Program-made: the position numbers and the translations under genes | Shown here: positions 41,943-49,709 of the stretch, one piece after another | Position numbering within the stretch: the first letter of the stretch is position 1 | Layout: each line of letters starts with the position of its first letter | The notes under the pieces: model-generated | The model's input: only the letters and a program-made list of their open reading frames with translations | Told to the model about the DNA's origin: nothing | Databases searched by the model: none | Virus record (IMG/VR): IMGVR_UViG_3300029858_000017 | DNA from: a virus | Length of the DNA stretch: 50,839 nucleotides | Reading direction: 5' to 3' (one strand)

Positions 41943-42214
41943 TCTGCATCCCTCCACTTGAAGTCTCTCCAGACTTTGCCGGTGAAGCGGGTGACGATGC
42001 TCTCCATGAGTGCTTCCTGCTCGTTGAATGCCTTGTTGAAGGCCACGCGAACGAAGTTGTTACTGACGGTTTCCATAGCCGCGCAAGCCTCGAGGAGTTG
42101 GTCTCTGCAATTCGGAACGAGGATGCGGTCGTCTTTGTACTGCTTGAAGTCCTCGAAGAACGGCTCGTACTTTTCCGTTAGGAGCTGCGCTCTGAGCTTG
42201 TAGATGTTAGTCAT
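41939..42214 (-). CDS. Hypothetical protein (91 aa)
   Basis: ATG 42214; coupled to the upstream gene. Confidence 0.5.
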   Translation of the reverse strand: MTNIYKLRAQLLTEKYEPFFEDFKQYKDDRILVPNCRDQLLEACAAMETVSNNFVRVAFNKAFNEQEALMESIVTRFTGKVWRDFKWRDAE

Positions 42215-42413
42215 CGTCGGAAACCTCCTCCGCGTCTTCGATGTCTTCTTCGGTGATGCTGCCGTAGGTGTAGCCCCTGTCGTTGCGAAGGAAGACAGGG
42301 CGTTCGGGGTCAAAGCTCTCGAGGATTTCAATGAGCTCGCCGGCGGTCAACGTCCGGCCGCATTGCTCCGGGCTGTAGCCGTTGCGGTTGCCCTCGATGT
42401 AGATGGGTCTCAT
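42207..42413 (-). CDS. Hypothetical acidic protein (68 aa)
   Basis: ATG 42413 with GAAAGGAGAAG upstream. Confidence 0.55.
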   Translation of the reverse strand: MRPIYIEGNRNGYSPEQCGRTLTAGELIEILESFDPERPVFLRNDRGYTYGSITEEDIEDAEEVSDDD

Positions 42414-42442
42414 GGTCTTCTCCTTTCTCCGGGCCGGGGCGG

Positions 42443-43030
42443 TTAGGCCCCGGCGGTGATGTAGTCGTAGAGCTTGGCTTTGAGGGTTACGATTTCGTCC
42501 TCTGCGGCCTCTGCGCGAGCCTCCGCTGCGGTGGTTCTGTCAACGAGGCTGTTGTAGCTGGCCTCGGCTTCGATGCGCCGGTTCTGCGCGTCCGTGAGCT
42601 CTGCCTTGATGGCTGCGATTTCATCGCGGGCCTTGTCGAGGTCGTTGCTGAACGTGTTGGCGGCTTCGTGGAAGTAGTCGGCGTCCTTCTTGCTGGATTC
42701 GTAACGCTCCTTCATGCTGAGCGCGAAGTCGTTCTCGATGTTCTCCTCGGCGTCTTCAAAGCATCCTGCAAACGCGGTCGCGAGATAGCTGTTGGGGACG
42801 AGCTCCTCGACCATCTGCATGATGGCTGCGAGCGTGTCGCGTTCCTGCTGCTTGGTGGCTCCGACGTCCTCTCGAATAAGCTCAATGCCGATGATGTCCG
42901 GGATGATGCTGCAAAAGGCTTTGCAGGATGCCTTGAATGCCTTGCGGGCTGCGGTCTCGCTGCGCTCGGTGATGTTGGTGGTCTCGGTTTCGCTGTCGGG
43001 GGTGCCGTATGTAATGCGGTAGAGGTTCAT
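42443..43030 (-). CDS. First early gene: hypothetical coiled-coil protein (195 aa)
   Basis: ATG 43030 with GAAAGGAGAAG upstream; the first ORF after the early promoter. Confidence 0.6.
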   Translation of the reverse strand: MNLYRITYGTPDSETETTNITERSETAARKAFKASCKAFCSIIPDIIGIELIREDVGATKQQERDTLAAIMQMVEELVPNSYLATAFAGCFEDAEENIENDFALSMKERYESSKKDADYFHEAANTFSNDLDKARDEIAAIKAELTDAQNRRIEAEASYNSLVDRTTAAEARAEAAEDEIVTLKAKLYDYITAGA

Positions 43031-43110
43031 TGTCTTCTCCTTTCGGCGGCGGGCGGCGGCCCGTGTCGGTCTGGCGCTCAAATGCGCCTCGTTTGTTGGT
43101 TGTTGGCTTA

Positions 43111-43139
43111 ATTATAGTCCGCATATGAGGGCTTGTAAA
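43111..43139 (-). promoter_or_regulatory. Early leftward promoter (-35 TTTACA, 17-nt spacer, -10 TATAAT)
   Basis: Minus strand reads TTTACAagccctcatatgcggacTATAAT, in the divergent repressor/early intergenic region. Confidence 0.65.
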
Positions 43140-43152
43140 GACCATTTGCGGA
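43118..43152. promoter_or_regulatory. Candidate operator pair: inverted 10-mers TCCGCA(T/A)ATG (43118-43127 and complement of 43143-43152)
   Basis: tccgcatatg ... catttgcgga, a 9/10 inverted match. One copy lies in the promoter spacer and the other just upstream of the -35. Confidence 0.4.
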
Positions 43153-43206
43153 TTTTCTCAAAAATTTTTCCGTATCCCGGCCCATCTGGGCTGCAAGGAG
43201 GTTCAA

Positions 43207-43593
43207 ATGACGATTTGCGAACGTGTCTTTTCTCTGCTGGCCGATGCTGGCCGCGAGCAGCGCGAGCTGGCAAAATTCATCGGCGTTCCGGCGAAAACCG
43301 TTAGCACGTGGAAGGTGCGCGGGACGAATCCGGGCGCAGAATACATCGCTGCGATTGCCGAGTTTTTTTCTGTCTCAGTGGACTACATCTTGACAGGGGA
43401 AGAAAAGGAATACCGGCTGTCTCCGGCCGACGAGGAGGTGCTTTCTGCGTACCACTCGCTGCCGCGCCCGGAGCAGGTTTATATCTTGAGCGAAATGTAC
43501 CGCCGTGCTGGCCGCATCTCCTCTCCCGCCGAAGTAATCGGGGAAGATAAAAAGACGGCCGGGCCCGAATCCGCTGTCGGGTCGGCCGTGTGA
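43207..43593 (+). CDS. CI-like repressor (XRE-family HTH)
   Basis: MTICERVFSLLADAGREQRELAKFIGVPAKTVSTWKVRGTNPGAEYIAAIAEFFSVSVDYILTG; AAGGAGG upstream; divergent from the early operon. Confidence 0.8.
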   Translation: MTICERVFSLLADAGREQRELAKFIGVPAKTVSTWKVRGTNPGAEYIAAIAEFFSVSVDYILTGEEKEYRLSPADEEVLSAYHSLPRPEQVYILSEMYRRAGRISSPAEVIGEDKKTAGPESAVGSAV

Positions 43594-43627
43594 TATACGT
43601 TGACTTTTCTCCCGGGGGTGAAAAGAA

Positions 43628-43912
43628 ATGAAGACTGGCTATCTGTCGTGCCGCCTCTGCGGCGCGGAAACGAACTGCGTGGAGCTGACGGTGGGCCTCT
43701 GCCCGGCCTGCGAAAAAATAAAGGCCGACGAGCTGGCCGCTCTGCATCGCTGCTTTGACAGGAAACTCGCCGAAGGTGACGCCGGGGCCGCTGCGTTGGC
43801 CGTTGAGGAAATTGAAAACTATGAGCGCCTATATGGCGTCCGGCTCGCTGCTGCGCCGTCTGTGGCCGCTATGCGGGCTGCCGTTGGAAGGAGGGAGGGC
43901 CGTGGGGCTTAA
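43628..43912 (+). CDS. Hypothetical zinc-ribbon protein (CRLCG...CPAC)
   Basis: 94-aa ORF on the lysogeny strand. Confidence 0.5.
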   Translation: MKTGYLSCRLCGAETNCVELTVGLCPACEKIKADELAALHRCFDRKLAEGDAGAAALAVEEIENYERLYGVRLAAAPSVAAMRAAVGRREGRGA

Positions 43913-44528
43913 CGAAATGATTAGGAGAGGTGCGGGTTCCGCTCTGGCCGAAATCGAAAAGCTGGACGAGTTTATCGAGCGGAATCCTCGTGCCTCACTT
44001 CGCAAGTTCAAGAAATGGGCAATGGAAGAGAGGCTTTCGCTGCCTCTCTTTGAGAAGGTTTTGGCGCTCTCGTTTGTCGGCGAGCGCGGCGTGTTCGCCG
44101 CGTGGAAAGCGCAATGTGAGGCCGTTCTCGGTGTTAACGGTGCGGAAATGCGAGCTAAAGAGCTGATGCTGGTTCCCTTGGCTGCTGGTTCTGACGAGCT
44201 TCTCTCAAAGGCTCTCCGGGGTGAAATCGTTCGCCCCGGGCCAGAAATTGGGATGCCTCTGAAAGAAATGCGTGAGAAGTACGAAGTCACTCATGTTCGT
44301 TGGATTGCAAAGAGTGGCGCTTGCGCGGGCTGCGCGGCTCTGGATGGTCGTATGTTCACGCTCGGGGAGGCCGAGGCTTTTGTCGAGAATAAGAAACACG
44401 AGGGCTGCCGCTGCCGTTGGGAGCCTGTGTACGGGTTTAAGGCTCCGCTGAAATATCCTCCAAAAGATGTGCCTTGCACACTATTCTCGACATTCTGTGA
44501 GGCCGCCGAGCTTTTCCCGGAGGCGTAA
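43902..44528 (+). CDS. Hypothetical lysogeny-module protein with MuF-like C-terminal Cys motif
   Basis: GTG 43902 (GGAGGGAGGG just upstream) or ATG 43917. ...WIAKSGACAGCAALDGRMFTLGEAEAFVENKKHEGCRCRWEPV... Confidence 0.5.
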   Translation: MGLNEMIRRGAGSALAEIEKLDEFIERNPRASLRKFKKWAMEERLSLPLFEKVLALSFVGERGVFAAWKAQCEAVLGVNGAEMRAKELMLVPLAAGSDELLSKALRGEIVRPGPEIGMPLKEMREKYEVTHVRWIAKSGACAGCAALDGRMFTLGEAEAFVENKKHEGCRCRWEPVYGFKAPLKYPPKDVPCTLFSTFCEAAELFPEA

Positions 44529-44532
44529 GTGT

Positions 44533-45624
44533 ATGCCGGTCTATAAAGACGAGAAACGAGGGACTTGGTACGCCTCGTTCTACTACACGGATTGGTCTGG
44601 AAAACGGAAGCTGAAAAAGAAGCGGGGGTTTGAACGTCGGAAGGATGCGCAGGAGTTTGAGCGCGAATTTCTGGCGAAGTCGGAACAATCCTGTGATATG
44701 ACGTTCGCCTCTCTTGTCGAGCTATACAACGATGATATGGCCTCGCGGCTCCGGCTCTCGACGCGGAAAAGCAAGGAATACCTGATGGAGCGTCATATCC
44801 TTCCCTTTTTCCGCGACTTGCCCGTAAACAAAATAACTCCCGCCCATGTCCGTAAATGGCAGGCGGGATTGCTGGCCGGTGGCTATAAGCCGACATATGT
44901 GAAGAATATAAACAATCAGCTTGTAGCCGTTCTGAACTATGCCGTTCGCTACTATCACCTTGGTTCTAATCCCTGTCACGTGGCCGGGAGCGTCGGCAGT
45001 AAAAAGGCTGGCGCAATGAAGTTCTGGACGGTCGAGCAGTTCAATACCTTCTTGGCCTGCGTAAAGAGGCCCTCGGCCCGTGCCGGTTTCTCCATCCTGT
45101 TCTGGACGGGAATCCGTATCGGCGAGCTTCTCGCGCTTACGCTGGATGATATAGACCTCGAGCGCCGGACGCTGCGGGTGTCGAAGTCTTACCAGAACAT
45201 AGACGGGGAGGATGTAATAACGCCTCCGAAGACGCCGAAGGGAAACAGGGTCGTTCCGCTGCCAGAGGCGATGTGCGACGTCGTCCGGGTGTATGTAGAG
45301 GCTCTTTATGACTACGAGCCGGATGAGCGCCTTTTCCCGTTCACGAAGTCCTATTTCCACAAGGAGATGGCGAAAGCGTGCGCGGCCTCCGGCGTTCCGA
45401 AAATTCGGCTGCACGACTTGAGACACTCTCACGCCTCGCTGCTGATTGAAATGGGTGTGCCTGTCCTGCTTATCTCCGAGCGCCTCGGTCACGAGGATGT
45501 GGAGACGACGCTGCGGACGTATGGGCACCTCTATCCGGCTCGGAACGATGACACGATGCAGCGGCTTAACGCTCTAATGGTGCCTACACCTCCGGCCGGG
45601 GAAGACGACCCGGGCGATGCTTAA
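44533..45624 (+). CDS. int: Tyrosine integrase
   Basis: MPVYKDEKRGTWYASFYYTDWSGKRK... (SAM-like N-terminus); ...FWTGIRIGELLAL..., ...HDLRHSHASLLIEMG..., ...LGHEDVETTLRTYGHLY (R..HxxR..Y). Confidence 0.9.
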   Translation: MPVYKDEKRGTWYASFYYTDWSGKRKLKKKRGFERRKDAQEFEREFLAKSEQSCDMTFASLVELYNDDMASRLRLSTRKSKEYLMERHILPFFRDLPVNKITPAHVRKWQAGLLAGGYKPTYVKNINNQLVAVLNYAVRYYHLGSNPCHVAGSVGSKKAGAMKFWTVEQFNTFLACVKRPSARAGFSILFWTGIRIGELLALTLDDIDLERRTLRVSKSYQNIDGEDVITPPKTPKGNRVVPLPEAMCDVVRVYVEALYDYEPDERLFPFTKSYFHKEMAKACAASGVPKIRLHDLRHSHASLLIEMGVPVLLISERLGHEDVETTLRTYGHLYPARNDDTMQRLNALMVPTPPAGEDDPGDA

Positions 45625-45869
45625 CCGTGGCATTGCTGTGGTATTGCCATCGTTCGCCGTGGCATTGGCTTGGTATTGCGAGGGTGAATATTCCGGCGCA
45701 TAATCCGCAATATGTGGAATATGCGTACTAAGATGAAGTCTGTAAATCCGCAATAACGGTATCGCAAACCTTGGCAAAAGAGTGGGAATAAGGTCTGGAA
45801 TGCCGAAAAGCCTTTATTTTCAATGGTTTTACGTGGAACCGTGAGAACAATGGCATTAAAATGGCATTA
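45625..45869. other. Putative attP region with three direct-repeat families (candidate arm-type/accessory sites)
   Basis: 23-mers CCGTGGCATTGNNNTGGTATTGC at 45625 and 45657; AATCCGCAATA at 45702 and 45745; AATGGCATTA at 45849 and 45860. Non-coding, directly 3' of int. Confidence 0.5.
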
Positions 45870-45888
45870 GTTTTCCCGTAAACGAAAA

Positions 45889-45920
45889 AATAGCCCCTGC
45901 CGGTTGAGGCAGGGGCTATT
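45889..45920 (-). terminator. Rho-independent terminator (13-bp stem) ending the lysis operon; possibly bidirectional for int
   Basis: aatagcccctgcc ggttga ggcaggggctatt. On the minus strand it is followed by TTTTTTCG; on the plus strand by attcctttt. Confidence 0.8.
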
Positions 45921-45939
45921 ATTCCTTTTGGGCGCTCGC

Positions 45940-46737
45940 TTACGCGGGCGTTCCGCTCTTTGTGGTGATGTAGGTCGGGAAGCCTGCGGCCTTGAGCTTG
46001 GCCGCGCAGGCGGTCGCGTTTGCTTTCTGGGCGAATGCGCCTACCTGCACCTTGTAGTAGCCGTCGCTCTGTACGAGGTAGGTGTCGAAGCCTGCGGCCT
46101 TGACCTTGTCCCTCTGGGTTTTGGCGTTGGCAAGGTTCTTGAATGCACCGGTCTGCACGCGGTAGAGCGTCTTGGCCTGCTCCTCCGGCTCCGGCTTGGC
46201 GGTGTCCGTCGCGCCGAGGCGCTTGTTGACCTCGGCGGCGATTTCTCCGTGCCTGCTGTAGAGGTAGGTGCCCGGGCAGCTCTTGTTCGCGTAGTCGCGG
46301 TGGACGGTCATGTTGCAGCCGTTGAGGTGGTTCATGCGCTCGTTCTTGTTCGTAGACCAGACGAGCTTTTTGATGCCGTTCCGCTTGCAGATGTCGGTCA
46401 CGAGGTCGAGCATCGCGGCGTAGGCTTTCTCGGTAACGGCGTAGGGCTCTTTGTTGTCGCTGGCGACTTCGATTGTGATGGCCCTGTGGTCGTTCACTCC
46501 GCTCGAGGTACACCACGAGCGGTCGCCCTCGTCCACGCAGAGGCCGATGCTGCCGTCGTAGCCGACGACGTAGTTGCAGGACGCTTTCTTGCTTGTCGGC
46601 TGAAATACCTCGCAGCCGCGCTTTGCCGTTACCTGCGCAACGAAACAATGGATGGTGATGGTGTCGATTTTGTGATTACGCGGGCTGTTTTTGTTCGGGC
46701 TGATGAGGGTATAGTTCGCGAGAGGGCTGTTGCTCAT
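45940..46737 (-). CDS. Endolysin: N-acetylmuramoyl-L-alanine amidase (Amidase_2) with C-terminal SPOR repeats
   Basis: ...IDTITIHCFV...CNYVVGYDGSIGLCVDEGDRSW...HRDYANKSCPG... then YRVQTGAFKNLANAKTQRDKVKAAGFDTYLV and YKVQVGAFAQKANATACAAKLKAAGFPTYI. Confidence 0.85.
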   Translation of the reverse strand: MSNSPLANYTLISPNKNSPRNHKIDTITIHCFVAQVTAKRGCEVFQPTSKKASCNYVVGYDGSIGLCVDEGDRSWCTSSGVNDHRAITIEVASDNKEPYAVTEKAYAAMLDLVTDICKRNGIKKLVWSTNKNERMNHLNGCNMTVHRDYANKSCPGTYLYSRHGEIAAEVNKRLGATDTAKPEPEEQAKTLYRVQTGAFKNLANAKTQRDKVKAAGFDTYLVQSDGYYKVQVGAFAQKANATACAAKLKAAGFPTYITTKSGTPA

Positions 46738-46753
46738 TCCGGGGTGCTCCTTT

Positions 46754-47101
46754 CTACTTCTCCGCGTTTGTCGCGGGCTCTGCGATGCCTCCGATGGTTA
46801 GAAATCCGTTGTTGAGGTCGTAAACTGCTGCTTCAATGAGGGCGTCGAGTTTGCTCTCGTCCACGGTCATGCCGTGTTCACGGAGCCAGTTGATGACGTA
46901 CTCCTTCTTCTCCGCGCCTCGGCCGCTGCCGGTGTAAATCTGCTCGGCGGCCGTGACTGCGATGCGTACCCACGCATTGATTTGCTGCTGCTGGTTGGCC
47001 GTGGTCTTCCCTTTGATGTAGGGGATGACGAAAGCAGTGATGAGGGCCGCGATGAGGGCCGCTACAGCCTTGATGATGGGGGTGATGTCGTAAATGGTCA
47101 T
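46754..47101 (-). CDS. Holin (LL-H-like)
   Basis: 115 aa; N-terminal TM segment IIKAVAALIAALITAFVIPYI; immediately upstream of the endolysin. Confidence 0.6.
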   Translation of the reverse strand: MTIYDITPIIKAVAALIAALITAFVIPYIKGKTTANQQQQINAWVRIAVTAAEQIYTGSGRGAEKKEYVINWLREHGMTVDESKLDALIEAAVYDLNNGFLTIGGIAEPATNAEK

Positions 47102-47116
47102 GGTGATTCCTCCTTT

Positions 47117-47464
47117 TCATTGGTCGGTGTGTATTTCATCGTCCGGCGCGGGCGGCTCGTCCAGAATGGGGTTGCCGTCCGCGTCGAGGTGATGCTTGTT
47201 CCTGCTCATCTTCTCGCCAAGGCTCTTTCCGGCGTAGGTGATGAGATAACCTATGCAGGCCGTGAAGACGGTCGTTGTGACGTCCGAGGCGGCGTCCTTC
47301 TCAAAGGCCGCCAGCGCGTAAGAGGATATAACGGCCGCAGTCGCTATGCAGGAGGCCCAGACAGCGAGCTTTTTCGAGAACTCCGTCTTTTTGGCCTTGC
47401 TTTTCCTGCGCCTGCGCTTCTTCCGGCGAAAGAGCCCCAAAAAGGTCTTCACACGGCCCGTCAC
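47117..47464 (-). CDS. Membrane protein of the lysis cassette (two TM segments; holin-like)
   Basis: Basic N-terminus RRKKRRRRKSKAKK, then LAVWASCIATAAVISSYALAAF and TTTVFTACIGYLITYAG. Confidence 0.5.
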   Translation of the reverse strand: MTGRVKTFLGLFRRKKRRRRKSKAKKTEFSKKLAVWASCIATAAVISSYALAAFEKDAASDVTTTVFTACIGYLITYAGKSLGEKMSRNKHHLDADGNPILDEPPAPDDEIHTDQ

Positions 47465-47772
47465 TCCTCTCTGTGGTTGTGGTTCTCCTCGATGCGGTCG
47501 ATGCGCTTATGGGCCTGCTTCGCGCTTGCCTCGACGGCGGTGAGGCGCTCAAGGAATTGCGTGTTTGTGTTCCTCTGTTCCCTCTGCTCTGCCTTGATGT
47601 CGTCGATGCCGCTCTTGATGTAGCCTATCTCCGTCAAGACGGTGCCGCTCTGCTTGCCCTCGTCTGAATCATCCTTCTTTCGGTTGCGCTTGTAGGTGGC
47701 AAGGCCGAAAACGATGGCGCAGACCGTGCCGAGAATGCCGAGGACGGTCGAAACTACTGCGAGTTCATTCAT
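47461..47772 (-). CDS. xhlA: XhlA-like membrane-anchored coiled-coil lysis protein
   Basis: N-terminal TM segment LAVVSTVLGILGTVCAIVFGLA, then ...IDDIKAEQREQRNTNTQFLERLTAVEASAKQAHKRIDRIEE. Confidence 0.5.
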   Translation of the reverse strand: MNELAVVSTVLGILGTVCAIVFGLATYKRNRKKDDSDEGKQSGTVLTEIGYIKSGIDDIKAEQREQRNTNTQFLERLTAVEASAKQAHKRIDRIEENHNHREE

Positions 47773-47790
47773 AGGGTTCCTCCTTTCTGC

Positions 47791-48843
47791 CTAACGGCTT
47801 TTTACGTAGAGGCAAAAGACGTAGCCGACGGCGATGTGCCCCTCTATCACTGCGGCGGCGTTGCACCATCCGGCCTCTCGCGGCATGGCTATCAAGAGGT
47901 CTCCCTTGTTGAGTGTGCCGATGCTGCTGTGCTCGGTGCTCCGGCCCGTCCTGATGTTGACGTCCTGTCCGGAACAGGTCGCCGGGTAGGCGCGGGTGGA
48001 GGCGGTGTCTGTTGCGTCTGCCTTTACGTATTTGGAGGAAATGAAGCCTTTTACGATGCGGCCTTTGATGACGGTGGCCGCTTCACACCATCCGTCTGCG
48101 GCCGGGAGTGCGAGAATCTCCTCGCCCTTCCTAACGATGCCGAGGGCTTTGTGGCCCTTTCCGGGCCCCTCACGGAAATAAACGGAGTTGCCGGAACATT
48201 TGCCGTTGAAAGGCTTTGCCGCGTTTTCCGGGGCTCCTTTGGGCTCTGCTGGCCCGTCTGCGGCGAGGTCGTACTCAAAATATTTATCCATGACGCCCCA
48301 CCAGCCCCATTGCCGCTGTTTGAGGTCTGTAATGACTACGCCGTAGTCCTTCCCTCTGGCCTCAAGTACCTGCCAATCGAGAGGGCCGCTGCCGGTCTTC
48401 TTCCAAAGGTAGCCGACGTGGGTGATGCCCGCCGCACTCGGGCCGCTGAACAGGGCGACGCCGGGAAGCTGCGGGAGGCCAGCGAGGGTGGTGTCTTTCT
48501 TGGTGCAGCTCTTGCGGCTGCACCAGTTCGCGTAATTGTAGCGAGCCTTGGTGTCGATGCTCGCGCCGGTCTGCTCCCGGTAGTAGACTTCGGAAAGGCT
48601 GTTACAGTCGAACACGCGGTGTCCTACCCACTTTTTGTAGTCCTCGTAGTAGCTCTCCCACTTGTCGCCGTAGCTGCTCTTGGCTCGGGCGCGGATGTAG
48701 TCGTCGGTGGCCGTGCGGCCGTCGCCGCCCATGACGTAGCCGTATTGGCTCGCGGGCGGCCTGCTGGCCGCTTTGCCGTTGGTCGTAACTGCATGGCCCT
48801 CGTAGCTGCGCAGGAAGCCGGAGATTTTGATTTTCTGTGCCAT
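47791..48843 (-). CDS. NlpC/P60-type peptidoglycan endopeptidase with two C-terminal SH3b-like domains
   Basis: ...HRVFDCNSLSEVYY... (catalytic Cys), ...GITHVGYLW... (His), and duplicated ...VYFREGPGKGHKALGIVRKGEEILAL..GWCEA / ...VNIRTGRSTEHSSIGTLNKGDLLIAM..GWCNA. Confidence 0.6.
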   Translation of the reverse strand: MAQKIKISGFLRSYEGHAVTTNGKAASRPPASQYGYVMGGDGRTATDDYIRARAKSSYGDKWESYYEDYKKWVGHRVFDCNSLSEVYYREQTGASIDTKARYNYANWCSRKSCTKKDTTLAGLPQLPGVALFSGPSAAGITHVGYLWKKTGSGPLDWQVLEARGKDYGVVITDLKQRQWGWWGVMDKYFEYDLAADGPAEPKGAPENAAKPFNGKCSGNSVYFREGPGKGHKALGIVRKGEEILALPAADGWCEAATVIKGRIVKGFISSKYVKADATDTASTRAYPATCSGQDVNIRTGRSTEHSSIGTLNKGDLLIAMPREAGWCNAAAVIEGHIAVGYVFCLYVKSR

Positions 48844-48881
48844 TCGTTTCCCTCCCTTCTAACTGGAAAGGAGGCCGCCGC

Positions 48882-49691
48882 TTACGCGGTGACCTCCTCG
48901 TAAAAGTCGCCTGTGAGGGCTGGCGGCCGCCAGTTTGCCTGCTTCGTGAACTGTCGCAGGACGTGGTAAGTTTTGGCGTAGTCCGTGAAGTAGTCGCCCA
49001 CGTTGAACACATGGCCGTCTTCCAACTCGCTCCATTTGGGGTATGTGGTCGTTTCGCTGCCGCCAGTGTCGCCGCCTGTGCTGCCGCCGCTGTCCTCGCC
49101 GCCCGTCTCGCCGCCGCTCTCGGTGTACTCCTTGTATTGGCTAGGAACAAGGCTCGGGTAGTGCGGCTCGTAGAGGGTGATGCCCTCCGGGTGGATGGGC
49201 GTATAGAGTTTGTTGTCCGTGGGGTCGCGGCGAACGCTGCCGTACGGAACGTGCTCGCCCCACGCGAAGTCGAGGTAGCCGGTCTCCGGCTCGCTGCGGA
49301 TGAGTCGGAACAGGGTGCGGCCGCCCTCCGTGCCCGGGGCCCATCCTGCCTGTGCGAGGTGTGCCTGTGTGCAAATGTAGGTGCTGCCGTCCGAGGCGAT
49401 GACGGGCTCGTTCTTAAAGATTTGCCCCATGTCGGCGCTCCACGTTCTGGCGTTGCCGACGGTGGCGACGGCTGCGAGCTGGGTGTCGGAAAGGTCGCCG
49501 GAGCCGATGACGTCGGCCCGCAGAAGGCTTTCTTGCGCTTTCTGCGCGTGGATTTCCGGGACAGTGATATTGGCTGCCTCGAGGGCGTCAACGATGGCGA
49601 GGATGGCGGCCCATAGGTCGCTGTTTTCCTGCGCCTTTTCCTGCTTTTGCAGGGTTCGGATGTAGTCGAGGCTCTTGGTGATGTCGTTCAT
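48882..49691 (-). CDS. Putative carbohydrate-binding (CBM5/12-like repeats) virion/receptor-binding accessory protein
   Basis: Two ...W....Y..GD.V....G..Y.C.Q.H..Q.GW.P...-like modules (ARTWSADMGQIFKNEPVIASDGSTYICTQAHLAQAGWAPG; YPKWSELEDGHVFNVGDYFTDYAKTYHVLRQFTKQANWRPP). Confidence 0.45.
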   Translation of the reverse strand: MNDITKSLDYIRTLQKQEKAQENSDLWAAILAIVDALEAANITVPEIHAQKAQESLLRADVIGSGDLSDTQLAAVATVGNARTWSADMGQIFKNEPVIASDGSTYICTQAHLAQAGWAPGTEGGRTLFRLIRSEPETGYLDFAWGEHVPYGSVRRDPTDNKLYTPIHPEGITLYEPHYPSLVPSQYKEYTESGGETGGEDSGGSTGGDTGGSETTTYPKWSELEDGHVFNVGDYFTDYAKTYHVLRQFTKQANWRPPALTGDFYEEVTA

Positions 49692-49709
49692 TTCGTGCTC
49701 CTCCTCTCG

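Noticed and set aside
45680-45880. A tRNA or tRNA fragment in the attP region
   Set aside because: No cloverleaf arms or GTTCGAATC-like T-loop could be recognised by eye. tRNAscan-SE was not run, so this remains unverified.
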